Of a stretch of 64,000 nt of DNA, positions 28,004-37,619 are shown piece after piece. The position numbers were made by a program, and so were the translations under genes. The notes beneath the pieces are model-generated. The model had not been told where the DNA came from and searched no databases. It was given only the letters and a program-made list of their open reading frames with translations. Origin of the DNA: Candidatus Babeliales bacterium (GTDB lineage Bacteria; Babelota; Babeliae; Babelales; JACPOV01); NCBI GenBank assembly GCA_040879965.1, contig JBBDJI010000013.1, positions 367,160-431,159 on the forward strand, in the 5' to 3' direction. Position 1 is the first letter of the stretch. Each line of letters opens with the position of its first letter.

Positions 28004-28307
28004 AAATATTAACTAGGTAAGTATTATGTATGGTACTTAAGTAGAGATTTTTGTCAATAAGAAATACGAAATTGAGTCATTTTCTGATACTGTAGAATCC
28101 CTCTGCACGCAAGAATACTAATTATCGAATTTTAGGAATTATTTATTCATTTAATTGATAAACTGCATATTTAGGCCTCGAAAGTCAATTAAAATATGAG
28201 CGATTGCAAAAGATACTAATATCCGCAATTAAACGTTGCCAAGCTACTTTTCATTTGTTAGTATTGTTTCGTAGTTTATTAAAAAATTCATTTTATAGGC
28301 AGCCCGC

Positions 28308-29342
28308 ATGAACTCAATTAAAGAGCGTATTGACCGCATCAAAACAGAGTTTTTATCTGCTTTAAAACAAGTAAAAAAAGAAGAAGATCTGGAAAAAATC
28401 CGCTTAACCTATCTAGCTCGCAAAGGTAGCATTGCTGAGCTAATGAGTGCACTAAAAAGTCTTTCCTTAGAAGAAAAAAGAGCGGTAGGCCCATTATTAA
28501 ACAAACTTAAGCAATCATGCGAAGCTCTTTTTGAAGCTAAACAAAAAACACTTAAAAAAGAGCTCATTCTCGCCGAACAAGCAAAAAAAATTCATTTTGA
28601 CGTTACCGCTTATTTGCCCAATAAACCAAAAGGCAGCTTGCATCCACTGACGCAGATACAGGAAGAGGTTAATGATGCTTTTATTTCTCTCGGTTTTGAA
28701 ATTGCCGATGGCCCTGAAATAGAAAATGAGTTTTATAATTTTGAAGCACTCAATATTCCTGAAAACCATCCAGCCAGAGATATGTTTGATACTTTTTGGC
28801 TTGATATTCCTGGACTACTTTTACGAACTCATACTTCTTCAGTTCAAATTCGCACAATGCAAGAACAAAAACCGCCGCTAGCTATAGCTGCTCCCGGTAG
28901 AGTTTATCGACATGAAGCCACTGATGCTTCTCATGATTATACTTTTATGCAAGTTGAAGGATTAATGGTCGACAAGAATATTTCCCTTGGCAATTTGCTT
29001 GCAACTGTTCGAAGTTTTATGCAAAAGATTTTCGAAAAAAATAATCTTGATATTCGCGTTCGTCCTTCTTATTTTCCTTTTGTTGAACCCGGTATTGAAA
29101 TTGATATTGAATGCCCCTTCTGCAATCATGGTTGCTCAGTCTGCCAAGAAACAGAATGGATAGAAATTTGTGGAGCTGGACTTGTTCACCCAAATGTCTT
29201 AGACTCCTGTGGTATAGACCCCAATGAGTATTCAGGGTTTGCATTTGGTTTTGGTTTAACCAGATTAGCAATGTTAAAATATGGCATACCTGATATCCGT
29301 TTACTACATTCAAGCAATATTGAATTTCTTAAACAATTTTAG
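28308..29342 (+). CDS. pheS: phenylalanine--tRNA ligase alpha subunit
   Basis: 'HPARDMFDTFW', 'FPFVEPGIEID', 'GAGLVHPNVL' and 'GFAFGFGLTRLAML'. Length 344 aa. Confidence 0.95.
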   Translation: MNSIKERIDRIKTEFLSALKQVKKEEDLEKIRLTYLARKGSIAELMSALKSLSLEEKRAVGPLLNKLKQSCEALFEAKQKTLKKELILAEQAKKIHFDVTAYLPNKPKGSLHPLTQIQEEVNDAFISLGFEIADGPEIENEFYNFEALNIPENHPARDMFDTFWLDIPGLLLRTHTSSVQIRTMQEQKPPLAIAAPGRVYRHEATDASHDYTFMQVEGLMVDKNISLGNLLATVRSFMQKIFEKNNLDIRVRPSYFPFVEPGIEIDIECPFCNHGCSVCQETEWIEICGAGLVHPNVLDSCGIDPNEYSGFAFGFGLTRLAMLKYGIPDIRLLHSSNIEFLKQF

Positions 29343-29386
29343 GTTTAAGATGTCAGACATCACATTTTTGTAAAAAAAGGAGTTCA

Positions 29387-30304
29387 ATGGACATCATAAA
29401 AGCAGTTATTCCCGCAGCTGGTTTAGGAACACGCTTTTTACCTTTTACTAAAGCAGTCCCTAAAGAAATGCTTCCGCTTCTTAATAAACCAGCAATTCAA
29501 TACATTATTGAAGAAGGCATTGCTGCTGAACTTAAAAATTTTATTATGATAACCTCAAAAGAAAAACATGCCATTAGTAATCATTTTGATTCTAATATTG
29601 AATTAGATATGATTTTAAAGGAACGTGGCAATAGTGAAATTCTACATACTCTTACCCGAATCACGCAAACTGCTGCTTTCAGCTATGTACGTCAAATAGA
29701 ACCGCGCGGGCTTGGTCATGCCATTTGGTCTGCACGACATTTAATTGGAAAAGAATATTTTGGTATTTTTTTACCTGATGATATTATCATTTCCAAAATA
29801 CCCGCATTAGCACAATTGATGAAAATTGCGCGTCAAGAAAGAGCAAGTGTTATTGCAATTCAAGAAGTACCAATGGATGAAGTATCTTCATATGGCGTTA
29901 TTGGCATAAAAAAACAAATTACGCCAAATTTATTCCAAGTTTCACATGTGGTTGAAAAACCGGAACAAAAAGATGCCCCTTCTAATTTGGCAATTGTTGG
30001 GCGTTATGTGTTATCAAATAAAATCTTTTCTTGTTTAGAAGAAATTGAAACTGATGAACAAGAAGAATTGCAATTAACTGACGCTATCAGCCAAATGATT
30101 CATAAAAATGAAAAGGTCTTTGCCTATAAAATTCAAGGTGTACGTTACGATATTGGCAACCCAATCGGTTGGATTAAAGCAATTATCGGCTGCGCATTAC
30201 AAGATCCTTATTACGCACCACATATTAGTAAATTTTTAGAAGATCGTAAGGCTTTAGAAGAATTTATTTATAATCCTACAAAAATTACTGAACATCACTT
30301 ATAA
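29387..30304 (+). CDS. galU: UTP--glucose-1-phosphate uridylyltransferase
   Basis: 'AVIPAAGLGTRFLPFTKAVPKEMLPLLNKP', 'GLGHAIW' and 'VVEKP'. Confidence 0.9.
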   Translation: MDIIKAVIPAAGLGTRFLPFTKAVPKEMLPLLNKPAIQYIIEEGIAAELKNFIMITSKEKHAISNHFDSNIELDMILKERGNSEILHTLTRITQTAAFSYVRQIEPRGLGHAIWSARHLIGKEYFGIFLPDDIIISKIPALAQLMKIARQERASVIAIQEVPMDEVSSYGVIGIKKQITPNLFQVSHVVEKPEQKDAPSNLAIVGRYVLSNKIFSCLEEIETDEQEELQLTDAISQMIHKNEKVFAYKIQGVRYDIGNPIGWIKAIIGCALQDPYYAPHISKFLEDRKALEEFIYNPTKITEHHL

Positions 30305-30426
30305 TCCATAATCTCATCCATAACTTAAACTTTTTCTTTTACTATTTTTAATAATATTGCAATTTGAAAATTCAATAGATTATTATTAATAATGAAGCAT
30401 TTGAAAAAATTTTTGATCGTTGGTTT

Positions 30427-30642
30427 ATGGAGAGATATGTGAAGCAATCAATAATCTTTATATTTATTTTTATGCAATCTTTTATCCTCAATTGCTGCCC
30501 ATGTGTAGGGACGGTAAATGAACAAAGTCCTCCATTTTTTTTAGATGAATGTTATTTGAGTGAAACAATCGATTTTGATACGACGAGTACGGCAGTTGAA
30601 AATGATCAGGAGACTCATGAAGAAATTATTACTAGCTCTTAG
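30427..30642 (+). CDS. small hypothetical secreted Cys-containing protein (start uncertain; GTG 30439 has the better SD)
   Basis: Hydrophobic leader 'SIIFIFIFMQSFILNCCPC' and an acidic tail. Overlaps the next gene by 26 nt. Confidence 0.35.
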   Translation: MERYVKQSIIFIFIFMQSFILNCCPCVGTVNEQSPPFFLDECYLSETIDFDTTSTAVENDQETHEEIITSS

Positions 30643-30859
30643 TTTATTTATGGGAAATATATATGGTGAATTTGGTTGCATGGATAACAGCAAGCATTTA
30701 GATACACGCACTGGACCTGACTTTAAAAACTATCATTACGTCTCTTGTACTTGCCCATGCTACCGCTACAAACAATCGTTCAAACGTGGGCGATGCGAAG
30801 AATGCTTACATTATCGCGCACCAAGAGGAACGTTACAAATAAATACGCAGTTTCGTTAA
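30617..30859 (+). CDS. small secreted Cys-rich protein
   Basis: Internal ATG 30617 is preceded by the SD 'aggag'. 'MKKLLLALSLFMGNIYG' signal peptide. Cys cluster 'SCTCPCYRY...RGRCEECLHY'. Confidence 0.5.
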   Translation: MKKLLLALSLFMGNIYGEFGCMDNSKHLDTRTGPDFKNYHYVSCTCPCYRYKQSFKRGRCEECLHYRAPRGTLQINTQFR

Positions 30860-30875
30860 TTTAACACTCGTGTAT

Positions 30876-30913
30876 AAAAAAAGAGACTTACCGTTATTGC
30901 ACAGTAAGTCTCT
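30876..30913 (-). terminator. rho-independent terminator of the ankyrin gene (possibly bidirectional)
   Basis: agagacttac (30882-30891) / gtaagtctct (30904-30913). On the minus strand it is followed by a T-run (A-run 30876-30882 on plus). Confidence 0.65.
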
Positions 30914-30960
30914 CTGATAATTTTAAAAAAATTATTTCTTTAATTGTTTTGTGATAAAAT

Positions 30961-32289
30961 TTATCGATATTTTGCCAATTTCCAACCACCATATAATGCA
31001 CAACTGTATAATAAAGCTTTAAGGAGCAATTCTTTTTTGCTTGTACTATGTGTTGAATATTTGCAAAAATTTATGATATTTTCATTAATTGACGCACCAT
31101 GTGTGATGAGTAGTTTTGCCAATTTATATTGTTTGTTAAGTAATGCATAAATAAGCGCTGTAGCATGTTCATTATCACATAGGTTAATATTAGCACCATT
31201 TTGTAGAAGTAATTGTATTGTATCTAGATTACCCATATATACTGCGCGCATTAATGCTGACCATCCGTCATTATTTTGCATATTAACTTGGGCACCATTT
31301 TGAATAAATAGTTGCATTATATCTAGATTACCCTTTTCATACATTAATACTGTTTGACCATGAATATCTTGCATATTGACTTGCGCACCATTTTGTAGAA
31401 GTAATTGTATTGTATCTAGATTACCCATATATACTGCGCGCATTAATGCTGTTTGACCATAAATATCTTGCATATTGACTTGCGCACCATTTTGTAGAAG
31501 TAATTGTATTATATCTAGATTACCCTTATATGCTGCATGAATTAATGCCGACATGCCTTTATTATCTTGCTGATTTATTTGCGTGCGATTATTAATAAGA
31601 AGTTGCGATACCACATTTGTATGCCCCTCTTGCACAGCAATCATCAATGCAGTTTCACCTTTATTATTTGACTTATTAATATCCGCACCATGATTGATAA
31701 GAAATTGCACCACAACATCATGGCCTTCACCTGCCGCATACAGCAAAGCGGTCTCTCCGCTATTATCCTGCTGATCAATTTGTGCGCCATTCTTGACTAA
31801 AAATAGCATAATATCAATTGCGCCTTTTTGCGCTGTAATCATCAATAAAGTAGTACCATTACTTTCCAAAGCTTTAAAATCTGCACCATGTGCTACTAAA
31901 CTTTCGAATAATGCTAGTTTTTTATTCTTAATCGCACTGATTAAGGATGTTTCTTCATTAATTGTACAATTTATATCAGCGCCACCTTTGATAAGATCAT
32001 CCAAATATTCTGATCGCAAATCTCTATCAAATAATGCTTTATTATAGGAATCTTTATTGGAATATTTTTGCCAAAACAAAATATCTACCTTCAAATAATC
32101 AGGAAGATTTGCATCAATGGCATCAATCGGCAACTCTCTGCAATCTAGATAGCGTCCTATTGCAGAAGCTGCTTGTGTTTTTAATGAGATTGGCTCCATA
32201 GCTTGTATAGAAACGCCAATAAGTAAAATTACAGGAAAAAGCACTGTGCGTGCATAATTTAATAATAAATTCATTTTTAAATTCTCCAT
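30961..32289 (-). CDS. ankyrin-repeat protein (about 9-10 repeats) with a signal peptide
   Basis: Repeats of the type 'G.TALM.A...G..D.VQLLL.NGA.VN.QD'. Leader 'VILLIGVSIQA|ME', then 'ISLKTQAASAIGRYL...LPDYLKVDI'. Confidence 0.85.
   Translation of the reverse strand: MENLKMNLLLNYARTVLFPVILLIGVSIQAMEPISLKTQAASAIGRYLDCRELPIDAIDANLPDYLKVDILFWQKYSNKDSYNKALFDRDLRSEYLDDLIKGGADINCTINEETSLISAIKNKKLALFESLVAHGADFKALESNGTTLLMITAQKGAIDIMLFLVKNGAQIDQQDNSGETALLYAAGEGHDVVVQFLINHGADINKSNNKGETALMIAVQEGHTNVVSQLLINNRTQINQQDNKGMSALIHAAYKGNLDIIQLLLQNGAQVNMQDIYGQTALMRAVYMGNLDTIQLLLQNGAQVNMQDIHGQTVLMYEKGNLDIMQLFIQNGAQVNMQNNDGWSALMRAVYMGNLDTIQLLLQNGANINLCDNEHATALIYALLNKQYKLAKLLITHGASINENIINFCKYSTHSTSKKELLLKALLYSCALYGGWKLAKYR
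31190..31560 (-). repeat. near-identical tandem ~99-bp (33-codon) units inside the ankyrin gene
   Basis: A 67-nt string 'gcaccattttgtagaagtaattgtattgtatctagattacccatatatactgcgcgcattaatgctg' occurs identically at 31193 and 31385. A close copy lies at 31484. Confidence 0.85.
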
Positions 32290-32547
32290 TAATAAAGTCG
32301 AATAATATTAATCTGACCTTTTTAAAATAACACTCAACTAAATTATTGTCAATTTGAGAAACAATAAAGCATCATTTTCAGGTTATTCTGGTAAAAAAAT
32401 TTCACAATGAAATGAATCGCCATAGTAGCGAAGCGTTTATTGTTTCATATAGAAAATACACAACCTATTAAAGAAGACTGGGAAGGATTCTGTTATGGTT
32501 TAAGAACATGGGTTTTTTTCTGGCGTAGCGTTAAATGATATGCAAAG

Positions 32548-34959
32548 TTAATTTTGCTTTTTAAATCGCATTAAAAAGGGCAAAACCGAATCAGGATTTA
32601 AAGAAATTGAATCAATACCAATTTTGATGAGGAAATCACCAATCTCGGGATAATCAGAAGGAGCTTGCCCACAAATACCACTCCGAATATTATTGCGCTT
32701 AGCACCTTCAACAGCTAACTTCATAATTTGTTTGACTGCTTCATCTCGTTCATCAAACAATGGTGCTAATAAATCAGAATCGCGATCAACTGCTAATGTC
32801 ATTTGTGTCAAATCATTTGAACCTATTGAGATTCCATCAAATAATTTTGCAAATTCATCAATTATAATAACATTTGAAGGAATTTCGCACATCATATATA
32901 ATTGCAACTCATTTTCATGGCGCTTTAAGCCATTTTTTGCTATAATATCAATTACTTTTTTTGCTTCATGCACCGTTCTTATAAATGGAATCATAATAAA
33001 AACATTCGTAAAACCCATTTGATTACGTACTTTTTTTAAAGCTTCACATTCTAAAGCAAATGCCGGTTCATATAATTCATTATAATAACGAGAAGCACCA
33101 CGCAAACCTAACATTGGATTTTCTTCTTTTGGTTCAAAATATTTACCGCCAATTAAATTACGATATTCATTAGTTTTAAAATCTGATAACCGTACAATCA
33201 CCGGTCTTGGATAAAATGCTGCCGCAATAGAACCGATCCCTTGTGCAAGTGTATCAATAAAAAAAGTTCGTGCGTTAGGATAAGCGCGTGAAATAATCGC
33301 AACTTCTTTAAGAATTACCTCATCTTCTATTGCTTCTGGCTTTACTGCTACCATCGGATGTATTTTAATTTGATTACTAATAATAAATTCAATACGCGCC
33401 AAACCAACACCATCCACTGGCAAAAATGAAATAGGAATTGCTCGATCAGGATCAGCAATATTTACAAAAATATTGGTTTGCAATTGTGGTAGTTGAGCAA
33501 TATCAATTTTTTCTTTTTCAATTTCATATTGTCCATCATAGACATATCCAGTAGTGCCACGACTACAATCAACCGTAATTTTTTGTTCTTCCGATATTTT
33601 TGATGTTGCCCTATCAGTTCCAACCACTGCCGGAATGCCAAGCTCACGACTCACAATTGCCGCATGACTCGTGCGCCCACCACGATCAGTAATAATAGCG
33701 GCCGCTTTTTTCATGATTGGTACCCAATCTGGATCTGTCATCGTCGTTATTAAAATATCGCCTTTATCAAATATGGTTAAATCATTTATATTTTGCGCTA
33801 CGCGTGCAACACCGGTAGCAATACTTTCTCCGATGCTTTGTCCTTGAACTAATAGTTTAGCTTTAAGCTCATCTTGCGTAACATTTTTAAATGAAAAGCG
33901 CAGTAAAAAATTGGATTTTTCTTGCGGTGCATGTACTGTTTCTGGCCGAGCTTGCAGAATATATAATTTTTTATCAATACCATCTTTTGCCCATTCGATA
34001 TCCATGGGCAGCCAACCACCTTTTTTTTCTGAATAATGATCTTCAATGATAACCGATGCTTGTGCAAGTTCAATAATTTCATCATCAGTTAATGAAAAAT
34101 TATTATATTCTTTATTACCCGTAGTCACTTCAGTAACTTCATGGTAAGGATCTTCGGCATAAATTAATTTAATTGGTTTATCGCCCAAATGTTTTTTTAT
34201 AATTGGTCGAAAACCTTCTTTCAAAGTTGGCTTAAATACACGAAATTCATCAGGATTTACTTTTCCCTTCACCACTACTTCACCAAGTCCAAATGCAGAA
34301 TTGATCATTACTATATCTTTAAATCCAGTTTCCGTATCAAGCGTAAAGATAACGCCAGCACTTGCTAAATCTGAACGTATCATTTTTTGCACACCTACTG
34401 ATAAGGCAACTTTAAAATGATCAAATCCTTTTTCTTCTCGATAAATAATGGCTCGATTGGTAAATAAAGATGCCATGCTTTTTTTGCACGCTTCTAGTAA
34501 ATTTTTTGTTCCTTTTATATTTAAAAAGGTATCTTGCTGCCCGGCAAATGATGCTTCTGGCAAATCTTCTGCAGTTGCTGAAGAACGTACCGCAACATCA
34601 ACATTTTCTTGATTATAATCTTGCGAAAGTTCATGATAAGCTTTGATAATTTCTTGCGCTAAATCTTCTGGCATTTCACCATTTTCAATCAGCGTACGTA
34701 TTTCTTTGCCGACTTCTCTTAATACGACAAGATCATTTTTATCAGTCAAACGCGCCATTGCTGTTTTCATTGACTCAAAAATTTTATTATAAGAAAGAAA
34801 ATACCAATAAGCATCAGCAGTCACCGCAAAACCTAATGGTACACGAATACCTTTTGTGCTTAATTGCGCAATCATTTCTCCTAATGCCGCATTTTTTCCA
34901 CCAACAGAAGGAACATCTTTCATTGAAAGATTTTTGAATCGCCGAATATAACGCATCAA
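32548..34959 (-). CDS. ppsA: phosphoenolpyruvate synthase (pyruvate, water dikinase)
   Basis: 'VGGKNAALGEM', phosphohistidine loop 'GGRTSHAAIVSRELGIPAVVG' and the C-terminal PEP-utilising block 'SIGSNDLTQ'. Length 803 aa. Confidence 0.93.
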   Translation of the reverse strand: MMRYIRRFKNLSMKDVPSVGGKNAALGEMIAQLSTKGIRVPLGFAVTADAYWYFLSYNKIFESMKTAMARLTDKNDLVVLREVGKEIRTLIENGEMPEDLAQEIIKAYHELSQDYNQENVDVAVRSSATAEDLPEASFAGQQDTFLNIKGTKNLLEACKKSMASLFTNRAIIYREEKGFDHFKVALSVGVQKMIRSDLASAGVIFTLDTETGFKDIVMINSAFGLGEVVVKGKVNPDEFRVFKPTLKEGFRPIIKKHLGDKPIKLIYAEDPYHEVTEVTTGNKEYNNFSLTDDEIIELAQASVIIEDHYSEKKGGWLPMDIEWAKDGIDKKLYILQARPETVHAPQEKSNFLLRFSFKNVTQDELKAKLLVQGQSIGESIATGVARVAQNINDLTIFDKGDILITTMTDPDWVPIMKKAAAIITDRGGRTSHAAIVSRELGIPAVVGTDRATSKISEEQKITVDCSRGTTGYVYDGQYEIEKEKIDIAQLPQLQTNIFVNIADPDRAIPISFLPVDGVGLARIEFIISNQIKIHPMVAVKPEAIEDEVILKEVAIISRAYPNARTFFIDTLAQGIGSIAAAFYPRPVIVRLSDFKTNEYRNLIGGKYFEPKEENPMLGLRGASRYYNELYEPAFALECEALKKVRNQMGFTNVFIMIPFIRTVHEAKKVIDIIAKNGLKRHENELQLYMMCEIPSNVIIIDEFAKLFDGISIGSNDLTQMTLAVDRDSDLLAPLFDERDEAVKQIMKLAVEGAKRNNIRSGICGQAPSDYPEIGDFLIKIGIDSISLNPDSVLPFLMRFKKQN

Positions 34960-35045
34960 GATACCCTACTTAACTTTTTAAGTTTAATTTTATTTTGTTG
35001 AATTCAGCTTATTGAATTATAACAAATCGTGCAAGAACTCAAAGA

Positions 35046-35597
35046 TTAAGAACGTTCATATAATCCGACAAGTTCACTTTTTGCTAAAATATGTCCTTCC
35101 ATGCTTTTCTCTAAATCTTGTTTTGAAATATTTTTTGGTAAATCCAAAATAGTATCAAGCGCATATAATTTAAAAAAATAACGATGCTTACCATGCCCTT
35201 TTGGTGGACATGGGCCACCAAAACCTGGCTTACCAAAATCAGTATTTCCTTCTTTACCACCAAGTTGCGCAATTGCCATTCCTTCATCTAATTTAGTTAT
35301 ATGAGCCGGTAAATTATACACAACCCAATGAACCCATGTTTTATTTGGTGCATCGGGATCATCAACAATTAACGCCAAACTTTTGGCATCTGATGGAACT
35401 CCTTCCCATTTGAGTTCTGGCGAAATATTTTTTCCTTCACAAGTAAATGTTTTAGGAATTGATTGATTATTTTCAAATGCCGGACTAAAAAGTTTCATAT
35501 TTTTATTCCCCTCATTTTTTTGATTAGTAGTTTTTACATAATGATAACCGCATCCGATTATCACAACACCTAATATGACCAAAAATATTTTTTTCAT
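35046..35597 (-). CDS. YbhB/YbcL-family PEBP-like protein, probable lipoprotein
   Basis: 'DDPDAP', 'WVHWVVYN' and 'GHGKHRYFFKLYAL'. N-terminal 'LGVVIIGC' lipobox-like site. Confidence 0.8.
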   Translation of the reverse strand: MKKIFLVILGVVIIGCGYHYVKTTNQKNEGNKNMKLFSPAFENNQSIPKTFTCEGKNISPELKWEGVPSDAKSLALIVDDPDAPNKTWVHWVVYNLPAHITKLDEGMAIAQLGGKEGNTDFGKPGFGGPCPPKGHGKHRYFFKLYALDTILDLPKNISKQDLEKSMEGHILAKSELVGLYERS

Positions 35598-35814
35598 CCT
35601 ATCTCCTTTTTATTTAATATGCTCATTATATGCTATTTTATATTGACTGAGTCAAGAAGAACAAACATCTGTTTTTCCGCATCTGTGCTTTCTCTTATCT
35701 TCGATCCAATCAGCAAATAATGCTTAAGCTTGTTGAAATAGAATATATTAAGTATAATAATCGTGTAATCCTCATGTTTTAATCAGTTTTAAGTTCAAAA
35801 CGGAAGGAGTATCC

Positions 35815-35970
35815 GTGGACACAGCAATAGTGAGAGATTCACTGCTCAAGTACTATTTTAATGTGCCTTATTTTACTACTATATTCACTAGCATTTCAAT
35901 GTGTATCTCTATGATTATGGCCCTCATGGGCACAATTCTTATGACATCCGTCACAAAAACTATTTTATAA
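35815..35970 (+). CDS. possible 51-aa small membrane protein (GTG start)
   Basis: SD 'ggaagga' lies 5-6 nt before GTG 35815. 'VDTAIVRDSLLKYYFNVPYFTTIFTSISMCISMIMALMGTILMTSVTKTIL'. No homology evidence. Confidence 0.25.
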   Translation: MDTAIVRDSLLKYYFNVPYFTTIFTSISMCISMIMALMGTILMTSVTKTIL

Positions 35971-36028
35971 TTTTGTTCTCCATTTTTTTGATTTTTATTT
36001 TAATATATTAGTATTTTAAAGGATTTTA

Positions 36029-37192
36029 ATGAAACGTTTTTTTAATTCAGAGATTATCACAACTGGTTTAGCTATTTTTTCTATGTTTTTTGGCGCTGGA
36101 AATCTAATGTATCCGATTAGAGTTGGTTCAAGTGCTGGTGACGCAAATCCATGGGCAATTGCCGGTTTTTTAATTACGGCAACTTTATTTCCACTCATTG
36201 GGCTTATTGCTATCATTCTTTTTCAGGGAGATTACGCGCGATTTTTTTATCGACTAGGAAAAATTCCAGGATTTTTTCTCATTTTATTTTGCCTAAGTAT
36301 TGCTGGCCCTTTGATTGCGATGCCACGCATTGTTGCTCTTTCTTATACCGTTATTGCCCCATTTTTTCCTGGCTTATCATTATTTTTTTTCAGCATCATC
36401 TTTTTATTTTGCACTTTTTTAGCAACATATAAAGAAAGTAAAATTGTTGATTTGCTTGGTTATGTAATAAGTCCTTTATTATTAATATCTTTAGTTATTA
36501 TTATTATAAAGGGATATTTTTCTCCTTCTTTAGGAGTAACTACCACAACGCAAGCACCATTAGAAATGTTTTGGAAAAACTTCATTTATGGCTATGAAAC
36601 TTTAGATTTACTCGGTGGTATTTTCTTTTCATCTATTGTTATTACTATCTTGCAAAAAAACTTTGCAACCTTAGGTTCTTCAGATTTTAAAAAACTTGCA
36701 CTAATGAGCTTAAAATCAGGCATTATTGGCGTATCTTTGCTTGGTTTAGTTTACCTTGGATTAAGCTACTTGGGTGTATATTTTGGCCATGGGTTAGAAC
36801 ATATTAACGAAGGTGAATTATTCAGTGCTGTTTCATTTCGTATTCTTGGTCCTCATGGTGCCGCAATTATTGCATTGGCTGTATTAATGGCTTGCTTTTC
36901 CACCATTATAGCGTTAACTGCTATTAATTCAGAATTTATTAATAAGCAAATTTTTAAAGGTAAAATAGGCTATATCAATTCAATAATCATTGTATTACTA
37001 TTGACACTTATTCCATCGAATTTAGGGCTTGGTCCAATTTTGGAATTTTCTCGGCCCATTATAACAATCGCATATCCAGCTTTAATTGTTTTGACATTAG
37101 TAAATATCGCTTATAAACTATTTAACTTTAAACTGGTTAAAATTCCAGTAGCGATTACACTTATTATTTCATGCATAGCATATTTTATTTAG
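36029..37192 (+). CDS. brnQ: branched-chain amino acid transport carrier (LIVCS family)
   Basis: 'LAIFSMFFGAGNLMYPIRVG' signature near the N-terminus. About 12 TM segments. Confidence 0.8.
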   Translation: MKRFFNSEIITTGLAIFSMFFGAGNLMYPIRVGSSAGDANPWAIAGFLITATLFPLIGLIAIILFQGDYARFFYRLGKIPGFFLILFCLSIAGPLIAMPRIVALSYTVIAPFFPGLSLFFFSIIFLFCTFLATYKESKIVDLLGYVISPLLLISLVIIIIKGYFSPSLGVTTTTQAPLEMFWKNFIYGYETLDLLGGIFFSSIVITILQKNFATLGSSDFKKLALMSLKSGIIGVSLLGLVYLGLSYLGVYFGHGLEHINEGELFSAVSFRILGPHGAAIIALAVLMACFSTIIALTAINSEFINKQIFKGKIGYINSIIIVLLLTLIPSNLGLGPILEFSRPIITIAYPALIVLTLVNIAYKLFNFKLVKIPVAITLIISCIAYFI

Positions 37193-37360
37193 ATCTTAGC
37201 CTGAGCATTCAGTTTATTTTTTATAAATAACTGAGTGCTCAGTATTTTTCTTTTAATGAAAATCCGTATATCTTATAAAAAATACTAGCATTTTTAAATC
37301 AAAATGCTATGTTTTTAATCTCAATAGAATTACTAAACAAATATACAAAGGGATAAGAGA

Positions 37361-37537
37361 ATGAAAAAGCTTATACCATTCGCATTGAGTCTCTTAGTTT
37401 TAGCTAGTTTACCTGCATGCAACAGGGATAAACCTAAACCTCAGCGTGAACCAGTAGTAACAGATGAATCTGGAAACCCGCGCGTTGTACAAAAAGAAAT
37501 TGGATGGGAAGAACCTCAAGAAGAAACCTATGCTTAA
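37361..37537 (+). CDS. 58-aa lipoprotein
   Basis: 'MKKLIPFALSLLVLASLPAC' (lipobox L-P-A-C). Below the size cut-off of the ORF track. Confidence 0.5.
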   Translation: MKKLIPFALSLLVLASLPACNRDKPKPQREPVVTDESGNPRVVQKEIGWEEPQEETYA

Positions 37538-37573
37538 AAGCTTGTCTTTTGCATAATCTAGCTTTTTTATAAT

Positions 37574-37619
37574 GTGCATGCTAACTTAAAATATAAAAAT
37601 AAAAGGAGTTAGCATGCAC
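37574..37619 (+). promoter_or_regulatory. 13-bp perfect inverted repeat enclosing the SD and pairing the start codon of the next small ORF
   Basis: gtgcatgctaact (37574-37586) / agttagcatgcac (37607-37619). The loop contains 'aaaaggag'. ATG 37614-37616 lies inside the 3' arm. Confidence 0.5.

Noticed and set aside
26765-28307. Possible integrated mobile element at tRNA-Phe (a TA locus lies next to the tRNA).
   Set aside because: There is no integrase, transposase or phage gene, and I could find no direct repeat of the tRNA 3' end in the flanking ~1.2 kb. Only the decayed TA locus remains, which is insufficient to call a mobile element.
28004-28307. The 304-nt leader upstream of pheS as a T-box or attenuator.
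   Set aside because: I could not find a T-box consensus ('AGGGUGGNACCGCG'-like) or a Phe-rich leader peptide with a terminator. The region is plain AT-rich DNA.
31190-31560. Regularly spaced near-identical repeats that could be mistaken for a CRISPR array or a satellite.
   Set aside because: The period is 99 bp and in frame inside a long ORF, and it translates to canonical ankyrin repeats. There are no unique spacers.
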